From Eledone cirrhosa (Eukaryota), in the NCBI GenBank assembly GCA_964016885.1, contig OZ024750.1:36890001-36954000 (forward strand): a stretch of 64,000 nucleotides of DNA, written 5' to 3'. The notes under the pieces were generated by a model, which saw only the letters and a list, made by a program, of their open reading frames with translations, ran no database searches and was not told the DNA's origin. Positions 49,648 through 60,894 of this stretch are shown here, one piece after another. Every line of letters starts with the position of its first letter. Positions within the stretch are counted from its first letter, which is position 1. Position numbers and translations under genes: made by a program.

Positions 49648-51097
49648 CTATATCTTCTAATAATAATGCAGGAAAGCACTGTATAGTTACAACTCTAAAC
49701 AACCTGTTTGTTTAGTCAAAAAAGCAGGGTAAAATTTAAAAAGAAAACAAAAATATATATAATATTTTCATTCAAATCTAGATTGTATTGTTCATTTACG
49801 AAACAGTTATCAACATATTGAGGAACGTCCAGCTGCTTAGCTCTTTCAATGTCACCTCTACTTCCTATCTTCATCTTTAAGTCTATTCTCTTCTTTTCTC
49901 ATTTCTGATGGACATACATAGATGTTAGGAGAAATGTGTTGTTGACTTATTTTTGTGTTATTGTTGATATCATTGTTTGTTTTTCATACTTTTGTGTGTA
50001 ATTAACAATTATTTTTGTGGTGTTCAAGTATAATTATGTTGTCGGCAATTATTCAAAATCATTAGGATGATGAAAACAAAAGTAAATTGACAATGACAAT
50101 ATGTTAATTTGGTTTCATATTCAGACACCATAGAGTCATGGCCCTTTACGCCCTGAGTTCATATCGTGCTGAGGTTAACTTTGCCTTTCATCCTTATGGG
50201 AGGGGGGTCAATAAAATAAAGCACCAGTAATACACTGGGGTAATTGCTGGCCTTGTGCCAAAAGTATAAACATATTTAAATTGAATTGAGGAATTGATAT
50301 CAGTACTTTAATTTTATATTCTCACATTGCTCCAGTATACTCAGTTGAAAATGAGTACCAGCAATAGTTGGTATCCTGTCCTGGAGGGTAGTCTTGTACT
50401 CTAAGCTGCTTCTACAATGAAACAGGGATAAGTACTGTCCTAATGAGCCTTCTGGCTTGAGACAGACTTTAGCCGCCTTAGCCTATTGAAACAGTATCAG
50501 GAGAGGACCATCCATTGTGCTTATACCCCATTAGTTATTACCAATTGACATGTACTATCAACCACATATAACTACAAAGAATTTGGCATCTGATAACTCT
50601 TTGTTCATCCATTCAATAAATTTGGTTAATCCACCAAATGTTGAAATTCGTACACATAAAATTATTTGTGGTGACATAAACAATTGCCAAATGTAAATAT
50701 GGAAGAATTTGTCATAACATCTGATTAATTGTTCAATACATATATACATATATTGGAGATTATTTGGCAGCAAATGAAGAAATCTTTCTTCAGTCTCATT
50801 TCCCACTCAAGATATTATTATGATGAATAAATAACATTAAGCTTTGTAAGGTATTTATATTTTTTTTTAAAACTGCCCCAGAATCACTGCATGTCAATAT
50901 GGCACCAACTGTTTTTATCTGGTTTACATTTGTCAGAATTTATGTCCAGAGATGATATTGTATTCTGCTATGTTAGCCACCCCCACTCCACCATTAACCC
51001 ACCAACACACACTAATGTGAAGAGCCTGGTGTCGGTTTTTGTATGACTTTACACACTGAAACTTGCCCTGCTTGGATGGTCCTGCTTGAGGTATTTA

Positions 51098-51720
51098 TTA
51101 CAATAAGTCACTGATTGCATTGCCTGCCTGGTAGAGGGCAGTGAGTGCCTGGCAACATTCCAGTTGCCAGTCACTCAGTCTCGGTCTCTTCTTGACCCAG
51201 AGCTGCAGCTCAGTCAAAGAAATGAGCTGCGAAAAGGCCCGTTTGATAAACCGTGACCACATCAGTTCACCGTTTAGGCAGAATATCTGGAGATGTTGCA
51301 GCCTCAGCACATGTCTGCGCATCATTAGCCATGGCATGCCCAGCCCTCCGCGTAGAGGGTGCTGGCAGCAGATGAACTGCCTCACCAACGGAACTTGTCC
51401 TCTCCACAATAATTTGAAGAGGAGCTGTTCCAACTAAGCGAGGCGCGGATGGGGGCAAGGCACGACGGTTAGGCGGTAGTAGATGACGGACGTGATGCAT
51501 GCATTCAGCATCTCCGCACAGCCTTTCAGTGATAGCTTCCTCGCAGCCCATTTTTGGGTGAGACTGGCTACTCTGCTCGTTACCTCGTCCCAATTCTTTT
51601 CCACCTGGAGGTCTGGCCCGAACCAAACCCCGAGCAACTTTACCAGTCCATCTATCCAGCGTCCCACAATGCTGTTGGACAGCATGGACTTGCCTCTCCA
51701 GGTGCCGAGCTGAAAGCCCA
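51098..51720 (-). mobile_element. L1/Tx1-clade LINE ORF2 fragment
   Basis: VKLLGVWFG..WAARKLSLKG..LFKLLWRG..PLRGGLGMP; one stop codon. Confidence 0.85.
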
Positions 51721-52502
51721 ATATATATAAATATAATAGATATATTTGGAGGAAAATCTTTTCTTATTTTTCTCTATATATATTTTTTTTACTTATTGAC
51801 GCTAGAACTGTTATCCTTGAAAATCTCATAAATTCTTGGACAAAAAAACATTTTTTCCCCTGAAGAATATTCCTTACTTACTTTCTAAGACATGACATAA
51901 AATAATAGTAATAATAATAATTATAATAATAATAATAATAAAATGTTCATTGATTTGCTGAAAAAATTAAATTCTATCTAAAGCAAAGTGTAGATAAAAC
52001 AGTTTATTGGAGGAGATAAAACAAAATATAAATAAATGGAATAAAATAAATTTGCATAAAAAACCAATCAATTTAGATTTTATTTCTATTTTTCAGTGAT
52101 GTGAGTAAATAGAGATTGATTCATAAATATATGTTTATGTTTTTTAAACAGAAATGGGGGTTTTTGTTGATTATGATTTTTTTTTTTTTTATCAAATATA
52201 CAAAGAATGCGTAAAAGTGAATAAATGTGAGAAGCGGATGGGAAATGAACCTGTATTTTCTTTGTTGAAATAAACATCAGTCTATTTAATGCTACACAAT
52301 AATAAGCTCTTTGACAATAACACTCAATCACTTATCACATAACACTTTTATATACTCCTATAAAGGTTATTGAACCTTGTTGCCTTTAGTGTCAAAAACA
52401 TTCATAAGAAATTTACATTAGTTACATTTGAACAAAACAACAGCAGTAAACCCTCTGTGGTAAATTGCAGATGATGTGATTTGACAGTTTTGAATTCAAG
52501 TT

Positions 52503-52790
52503 CATCATCATCACCATGGACCCCTAAACCTTTTCGGGGTCATTGGGACACTGCTTCCATCTCTGACGGTCATGGGTAAGTACTTGGGTTGTAGCAAAGT
52601 TATTTCCCTCCCACTCAGCTATGTTATCTCTCTACCCCGCTTTCTCTTCACTCACACTGTTCCCTGGATAATTATCTTTGTGAGTCCGTCTGATCTTGCT
52701 ACATGTCCATGCCACCTCAGCTTTCTCCTCTTCACTGTGGTCAGCAGATCTTCAAAGTCACTCACATGCTGGATTCTCCTAAATCATCTC
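52503..52790 (-). mobile_element. RTE 3' fragment
   Basis: DLLTTVKRRKLRWHGHVARSDGLTKIIIQGTV on the minus strand; (GAT)n tail. Confidence 0.7.
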
Positions 52791-52810
52791 ATCTCCACTT
52801 CTTATATATA

Positions 52811-53208
52811 TAGGAACGAATAGGACCCCGACGGCTGAGCTCAAGCCGTTTCGACGGCTAATTCTGGACAGAATTCTGATCAGAATTAGCCGTCGAAACG
52901 GCTTGAGCTCAGCCGTCGGGGTCCTACTCATTCCTATTACCCACTCTACTACCCTAAGTATTGAGTACTTTGGTGCGTTATGGTCCACCTGGTTCCTTAC
53001 CACATTTCCTTCGTTATATATATATAGGAAAATGTTTAACCCCGACGGCAGAGCTCAAGCTATTTCGACGGCTATTTCGACCAGAAATAGCTGTCGAAAC
53101 GGCTTGAGCTCTGCCGTCGGGGTTAAACCTTCTCCTATTACCCACTCTACTACCCTAAGTATTGAGTACTCTGGTGCGTTATGGTTCCTTACCACACCTC
53201 CTTCGTTA
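52811..53208 (+). mobile_element. Two tandem ~200-bp palindromic elements separated by (TA)n
   Basis: ~115-bp palindrome plus ~80-bp conserved tail in each copy. Confidence 0.85.
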
Positions 53209-53227
53209 TATATATATATATATATAT

Positions 53228-54462
53228 ATCGTTTCTGAATTTGTTTAGCAAGATTCTTTATCTGAAAACGTGTGTTGAAACCGCTATGGTTATACTTTGG
53301 GAGGGTCATGTTGCCAATAAGAAACATACGCACCAGTTGCTTTCACTCCAATTTATTATAAATTAAAAAAATTTATTTTTTATTTTTTAAAAAGATTTAT
53401 AAATTTCTGGTTGGTTGATTGGTTCCACAACCGGACGGTTGTTCATATATTGTCAAAGTTCTGTCGTCATACATTCTGTGACCTCTTCAGAGACTGGGGA
53501 TTCTTTTCTTTGTTTTGTGCCTCTCCTTTGTTTTGTCGTACGCCATCTTGTTTTTGTGTGTGTTGTGTGCTTAGTTTGCGCATGTGTTATATCCGGGTGT
53601 CTGTGTGTGTTTTTAGTTTTTATTTATTTGTTTATTTACATGTTATTGGTTGTTTGTTCTATGTGTGTTTTCATTTTGTCCTTAATTGTAAGTTGTGATG
53701 TTGCTATTCCATTCATGTTTTCTATTTAATTTTGGTTGGAGTTCATTTATGTTTATTGCCTCTGTGATTTGTCTAAACATTGCGTCTTTTCTGTGTGTAG
53801 ATTTTATTTTTATTTCTATGTTCTCTAATTTGCCCTTATGTTCTATTTTAGCATGTTGGTGGAGTACTGATGATTCTTTTTTATCTTGACGCTCTCACCA
53901 GTGTTCATTTAGCTGTTCTCCTATACTACGAGCTGTCTCACCTATGTACACTATATTCTTATCTTTACATTGTCCTTCAGTACATTTTATGCTATATACT
54001 ACATTTCTAGTTTTACGGTTAATATGGGGGCTTAGTTTACAGATTATGCATTTCTTATCTATACAGGGAGGTCTTTGAAAAGGGTATGTATTACTAATAA
54101 GTATTTTTATGGAGGTACCGGGTCTTTCTACTATCTTAATATTAAGTTTAAGTTTATCTAGGGCCCTTCTAAATTTGTAAGCTAATTCACCTCTAGGGGT
54201 CGTATTGCTGAACTCTGATATTTATTGCTATCATACCATGAGTTTATTCTATTAACCTTATTCCTAGTTCTTTCTATTCTATTCCAAAATTTTCTCCTAT
54301 ACAAGGGGCAGGTCCCATTTGTATAATTATTTACCATTTTTTCCCATTTGGTTCTGGCTCCTCTATATACTCTGATTTTATCTCTCTGATTGTAACCAGA
54401 GAACTGCATACGGTGAATGAAGTGTTGTATGTGTCTCTCTAGTTCTTTGGGGTTGCACATGC
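53228..54462 (-). mobile_element. 5'-truncated PLE copy (thumb, GIY-YIG, pLTR)
   Basis: Homologous to 39115-40450; HHR at 53452-53494 with GAAA changed to GACA. Confidence 0.92.
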
Positions 54463-54987
54463 CAGGGAGAGTCTTCTATTCTCAGTCACTTAATGCCATG
54501 GAAACTGGGGATAAGCACCAGCCTGGCGAGACTTCGGCTTAGAACAGACTTTAACTTAACTACTATATCACACACACAAGATATTTCAGTAGATTGACAA
54601 ATTGTTAGATATTAGATTAGAATATCAATTCTGAGTCAAATCATTCTAAAAATAATACGAAATATTTTGATGCGAAGATGAAATATTTCAGTAAAATAAC
54701 TTGGATATTTTTGTCATCCTATTATATCATTCATAAAACATCTGAAAGCTGGAAAACTTAAGTAGTTTAGTCTATTGGAATATATAATATTATTACCCCT
54801 CAATACACCACTCCCACTAACAAAAATATTCTAAACATGGTGGGGATGGATATGTAACGTCAGAAAAATCTACATCAAATAACTTAATATTATATGAAAG
54901 AAAATGGTAAAATTAATATCTCTCATGGGAAATAGATGTGTAGGTTTCATATAATGTAATATGACATTTTAATATTGATATCAAAGG

Positions 54988-55305
54988 GCTGTGGATTGGT
55001 AGTATTGGTAAAGGGTTGAACATCATACTTCACAGCATATAGTTATGGCCTTTTATGTTCTGAGTTCAAATTTGGCCGAGGTTAGCTTTGCCTTTCATCC
55101 TTACAGAGTCGATAAAATAAAGTACCAGTAATACTCTGGGGTCAAATTAATCGACTTTCTCTCCCCAAAAATAAAGCCCCTGTAACAAACCGGGGTCAAT
55201 TTGTCTTTCTCTTCCCTAAAATAAAGTACCAGTAATGCTCTGAGGTCGATTTAATCGACTTTCTGCTCCTCCAAAATTGCTGGCCTTGTGCCTAAATCGG
55301 AACCC
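54988..55305 (+). mobile_element. SINE family B, rearranged
   Basis: Family homology with duplicated 3' part. Confidence 0.7.
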
Positions 55306-56979
55306 ATTTTTACTATCAAACATGATTATATAGAATGTGTATGGGGTTGTAATGATATATATATATATATAAAATAAAGAATTGATTAACTTTACATTGA
55401 CAGGTGTCCTTGGCCCTTGGTTCAAATGATAAAGGGTTAAAATCTTCCAAAGAGATGGAATTGGTTGTAAAGGAGGTGGTGATTCCTTGCAGGCCCCTCT
55501 GTCCACTTTTTTCCATCTCCAGGGGTACTTTACCTGATTTTTGCAACTATTATTTATTTTTATTTGCGATGTCGTTCTCACATTTCAAACTTCCTTAATA
55601 CTTTTTAAGTCAACCACTTTTTCACTTCTAAAAAGATGGAAATAGTGGTCAGTGGCTCTATAGCATAGTGGTTAATGTACTTGCTCAACAGCCAACAGAT
55701 GTGGGGTTTAATTCCTTGTAGGAACCTCTCCCTCTATTTTTTTCTGTTTCTAAGTGTACTTTACCTAATTTCCTCATCTATTAGTTATAGTTATCAACTA
55801 TTATTTTGGTCATTTGCATTGGGGTGCACACATTTCAAATTATAATTTGTAACAATATAAAGATAATAATATTTAAATGAAACAAAAAAAAAATAGGGTG
55901 GAAAGAAGAAAATGAAAAAAAAAAAGAGTTAAGCAACGAAGGAAAGGGAGAGAGGGAGGGGGGACAGTCATTACACTGCAGTCAGACTTTGCAAAGGAAA
56001 TATGCAGTCAAGGACCGGAGTCACCAGAAGTCTCGACAGAGACTGATATGAAAGGAAACTACAACAATCTTAAAATCATGTTATAAAGAACTTTGATATC
56101 AGTTGATTCAAAACGTATATTTATGATGAAAAATAGTCATTTTAATCTCTCTAGATGTGTCTGTCTGAATATACCAATACACATGGGTTTATAATCAATC
56201 TTGCTGTTCAGTTTTATTCAAGAATAAAGAAAATAATATCATAGATATTCATAAAGAAGGAGATATGGTTGGTAAGAATCTAACGCCACAGAACTGTTCA
56301 TTAGTTATTCATTGCTCATCAATTATCCACTGTTCTAACATTGGTGCACAAACGATACTGAATTTTAGAGTAACTGAATAAATATCATCAGTTGAAATAA
56401 CAGTGTATTATGTTCATAGACATAGCAACAAATATGAAATAGAAAGAATGCCATAATAGTGAAAGAACATATTCAGTTTACATTCTTCTCTCTATTATTA
56501 TTGATTGGTTTAGCTTTTGGTAGTGAAGTAGAACTGTAAATATACATATTACTAAGAACCCCTCCTCTCCTCAGGTAAACCCTTGTCAAGTAGATTTACA
56601 TCAAATACATACCAGTAATGTCTATCATATCTTATCAACTAACTGTATATTTTTATTCACCCTGGCTTGTTGATAATTTTATATATATATAAAATTTCTG
56701 AAGAAACAGGGGTTGTGTAGTTGCTGGATAAAGTATATTTATAAATAAGAGGAAGGCATGAACGGGGGAAGTTTCCCTTCATCAGTTGTCTGCTGGAGAT
56801 CACAGACATCTCTATGCATTAAAGACAATATGTTTTGCTCCAGTGCGTCAATAACTAAAGGAAGTTATTGAGGGGAAAAGGAGAGAGAGGAAAATATATA
56901 ACAGAAGGGAAAAAAGGCAGGGAAAACCCCAGAAAAAAACATACTGAAGAGGGAAACAGCTTAGGCTTGTACCTGTGGG

Positions 56980-58270
56980 AAGTCGGGTCTTCTGTATTAC
57001 TGTGTGATGCCAGAGGTCACGGTCCTGTGTCATCGCCTTTGAGGGGTGCATTTGGGCAAGGTCAGCTTTTATCACCTCATCCCCGGTTCTCTTAGGTCTC
57101 CCCACTTTACGGCTTCCATCAACTTCTAGTGCTCTGCACCTTTTTATGCAGCTGTCATCCTTCATACGCATCACATGTCCATGCCAACTCAACCTCCGCT
57201 CCTGCACACAGCATTTGATTCCTCTTATGTTCAGACTTTCTCCCAATTCGTTTATGCTTTGCTGTTCGTTACACATGCACCGGAGCATGAAAGCTTCATT
57301 TCTTTCCAATCTACGCAAGTCTTCTACACACAGCGCATAGGTCTCACTACCATGTAACATTGTTGTTCGTATGCACACATCATACAGTCTGCCTTTCATT
57401 TTGAGGGAAAAGCCTTTTGCAGCTAGCAGTGGTATTAGCTCCCTGAACTTCTTCCATCCCGTTCTTACCCTGGTTAGTGCACTTTCAGAACACCCACCTC
57501 CACTGCTAATTCGGTCACCTAGATAGCAGAAGCTGTCTACTGTTTCCACAGAGCCCTCCCAGAGTTTGGTAGTGCTTGTATCCTGTGGCCATTTTCTGCT
57601 TACTGTCCCGGTGCAGCTGCTACATGTAAAGCCTACATTCTTAACTAAGCTTCCTGAGATCCCACTTCATCACTTCTGTACCCATAGTTTGCATTTGAAG
57701 CAGAGGATGAAATTCCTACCTACACCTTTCCTACATACTGAGCAAGGCCATTTCCCTGAGGCGATTTGGGTTCTGTTTTCTCGTCTGGTTACCTTAGTCT
57801 TTGTCAGGTTGACTTTGAGACCCCTTCTTTCTAGTCCCTGCTTCCATGTTTGGAATTTCTTCTTTAGTTCTGTCATAGATTCAGCTATAAGTGTAAGATC
57901 ATCCACATACAGGAGTTCTTAAACTGTTCTGTTAAAGCCTGCAATACTATAATAAACAGGTGAGGGCTAAGAACAGAGCCCTGGTGGACACTGACCAAAT
58001 GTCTCACTATAGTCATTGTTAACCCTAACATTGCTGACTACTTCCCTATACATGGCTTGTACAGCCTTCATAAGCCATTCATCTGCTCCTAGTTTTCTTA
58101 GAGCCCACCAGATAATGGAGCAGGGGACTCTGTCAAAGGCTTTTTTCCAGATCGCCAAATGCCAGGTAGAGCAACTTACTTTTAGCTAGGTACTTTTCCT
58201 GCAACTGCCTCACAAGGAAGAGAGCATCAGTGGTGCCTTTTCCTAGCACAAACCCAAACAGCTCATCCAT
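56980..58270 (-). mobile_element. RTE LINE RT to C-terminus, frameshifted
   Basis: KAFDRVP, YVDDLTL, KWPCSVCRKG, FCYLGD, LHGSETY, WHGHVMRM. Confidence 0.9.
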
Positions 58271-58287
58271 AGATAACGATAAACAAG

Positions 58288-58533
58288 AATCCTCCAGAAT
58301 CAACACATCTCCCACACTTACATCTAGAGTCAACACATCTCCCCCACTTACCTCTAGAGTCAACACATCTCCCCCACTTACCTCCAGAATCAACACATCT
58401 CCCCCACTTACCTCTAGAGTCAACACATCTCCCCCACTTACCTCCAGAATCAACACATCTCCCCCACTTACCTCCAGAATCAACACATCTCCCCCACTAT
58501 CCTCCAGAATCAACACACCTTGTTCACTATCCT
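58288..58533. repeat. 30-bp minisatellite (resumes 60062-60135)
   Basis: CCTCCAGAATCAACACATCTCCCCCACTTA units. Confidence 0.9.
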
Positions 58534-60061
58534 CAGTGGTGGATTAACAATATAAGCAAAGTAAGCACGTGCTTAGGGCATCAAAGGAAGAAGGGGCACC
58601 TCAAAATTTTTTTATATGATGAATTTACAGTTTAAATTATTAAATTAATTAATTTTATAGCAATTTTCAAAATGAAATAAGAAATGAATAAATTTGGTAT
58701 AAACATAGTTGTTCATTTCAGTTTATTTGTTAAATATCAGTTTTTCAGACGTTTATCTTTAGAAATTTTTCTGAAACTCCAATGTATTCTGGTTCAATTT
58801 TAAAATGGCTACATGCTTGCTGAAATGTTTTTTAAGGTTTATGAATATAGCCACCAGCTGAAAGTTTTTTGATACTCCCAATCCCAACTAACCAAGGTTT
58901 ATTTTCTGCTTCTTTTTATTAACAATTCTGTTCATTAGGGTTTTTTAGTTTTTTTACAAATTTTTTTTTTAACTTGAACCTTTTAATATTGTAGACTCTA
59001 TATCAAAAATAATTGTCATTTGTGTTCTAGATTATCTGCTATATAGTATAACCTTTTTATTTCTACATAATTTTTTTATTTTTTTATATTTTATCTGAAC
59101 AAACTCAAGCTTTAATTTTATAACTGTATTTGCTGATTGTTTATTTGGATTCATACCATCCTTTTTCAAATCTAACCATCAGATCTAATTAACAGATCCC
59201 CAAAAAATCTAACCATTCAAATCTAATTAACAGATCCCGAAAACCAAGATGAAACGCATTCAGTTAAAACGAAAACTTTCAAACAAGAAACAAGAAAAAG
59301 CTTCGGAATTAGATCGCAAGACAGCAAAGCTGACTAATTTTTTCTCACAAGTTCCACAACATGATTTACAGATTCCAGGTCAAAACCGATATATGTTATC
59401 AGAAGTAAACATGAATATGGCAAATACAACTTTGATTACTTCAGAATCAAAATATGATGACATTAGAAGTACCGAGATGTCGCAAGCATGTTCATCCAGC
59501 ACATGTCTCACAACTGATCTTACTTTGCCTGTGAATTCTCTTTATTCAGATACCTCTACTGCAAATGATGATAGGGCTCAAATAATTGCTGAAAATAGAA
59601 GTTTAGAGCACTGTGACAATGGCGGTGAAATTAATTTGCCTGTAAAAAATGAAGAAAATTACAATTTAGCGAACGACCCAGGAATGTGGCTTGATTTCTC
59701 TGCTAATGATATAGCTTATTTGATTACTTGTGAACCCAGTATTTGTCAACACCATAACGGGCCATTTGAAAAGTCTTGCCGTCATTTTAGTAGTGGCAAA
59801 CCAGTAAGGTATTGCTCACAGAAACTTTTTATTGGAACAAAAGCCAATAGTGAAAAATACAAGAGAGAGTGGTTACTCTATTCACCATCAAGAGGATCAG
59901 TTTATTGTTTTGTTTGTAAACTGTTTGCTCGTGAAAAAAAATCAATTTTTTGTTTCAAGAGAAGGGTTCATATATTATTGTTTATGTTTTAATCTAAAAA
60001 TGTATGGGGGCACCAACATTTTTTAGTGCTTAGGGCCTCTAAGGGTTTTAATCCGGCCCTG
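58534..60061 (+). mobile_element. Internally deleted hAT (Tip100-like) transposon
   Basis: TIR CAGTGGTGGATTAA / TTAATCCGGCCCTG; perfect 8-bp TSD ACTATCCT; subterminal GTGCTTAGGGC at both ends. Confidence 0.88.
59249..59992 (+). CDS. Truncated hAT transposase N-terminus with TTF-type zinc finger
   Basis: DPGMW and KREWLLYSPSRGSVYCFVCKLFA; no catalytic domain before the TIR. Confidence 0.7.
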   Translation: MKRIQLKRKLSNKKQEKASELDRKTAKLTNFFSQVPQHDLQIPGQNRYMLSEVNMNMANTTLITSESKYDDIRSTEMSQACSSSTCLTTDLTLPVNSLYSDTSTANDDRAQIIAENRSLEHCDNGGEINLPVKNEENYNLANDPGMWLDFSANDIAYLITCEPSICQHHNGPFEKSCRHFSSGKPVRYCSQKLFIGTKANSEKYKREWLLYSPSRGSVYCFVCKLFAREKKSIFCFKRRVHILLFMF

Positions 60062-60894
60062 ACTATCCTCCAGAATCAACACACTTCCCTCACTATCCTC
60101 TAGTATCAACACATCTCCCTCGCTATCTTCCAGAGCAATGTTTTCTTCAATATGTCTGTTGGGACCACAAGGCAGCTTGTATGTGGGCTTCTGCACACCA
60201 GAGAGCATCTTCCCACTCAATCCAGGCTCATATCATTAGGACAGTAAAACTCGAATATTCTTCTCATATTCACTGTCATTTGTTATTATTTATTTCCATC
60301 TAGCACCATTGTTTCCAACCGTTTCACCACCATAGACCCCTTTTATTTAACTATTTTGTTCCAATATTTCTAATGAAAATCTCTGCTTATGATTTTCTAA
60401 TAATTTGGAAGGATTTAGTAATATAACTAATGTTCTCATTATTAAGCTGGTGTTTGACGCATAACTTAACAAAAGTTCTTATATAAAATAACAGTCGCTT
60501 TTGTTCTGATTTCTATTCAAGGATGGAAGTGAATATTGATCTTATTAATCATAAATAGGAACATTTGATTAGCAATAATTATCTCTATTCAACTCCATTT
60601 TTATGATTTCATCTTTTGCACTAAACTAGTTGTTAAAACTTCTTTATTTCCTATATCACTGTCTGCAGATTGCTATTTCTGGAGTCTATAGCAGGTGATA
60701 TTTCAATTGGATAAACTTAAGCCTAAATCCTATTATTCCTACCATCCATCATATTTAACAAGCCAAGTATATTCTGCATGATTTCTTTATATGCTATTCA
60801 TTGTCACTTAGTATACTGCTACCATTTATGCTATTATGAATTGCTCCTGCTACAATCTTGTTTAAATTTTGATAGTTACTTTCTGCCAATTTAT

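Noticed and set aside
50558-50806. Peptide FIEWMNKELSDAKFFVVICG, vaguely TIR/SEFIR-like
   Set aside because: Short, ends in a stop, no splice support; resemblance is subjective
56765-56850. CTGATGAAGGGAAAC and ..AAACATATTGTC on the minus strand as an HHR
   Set aside because: Core elements cannot be assembled with consistent stems
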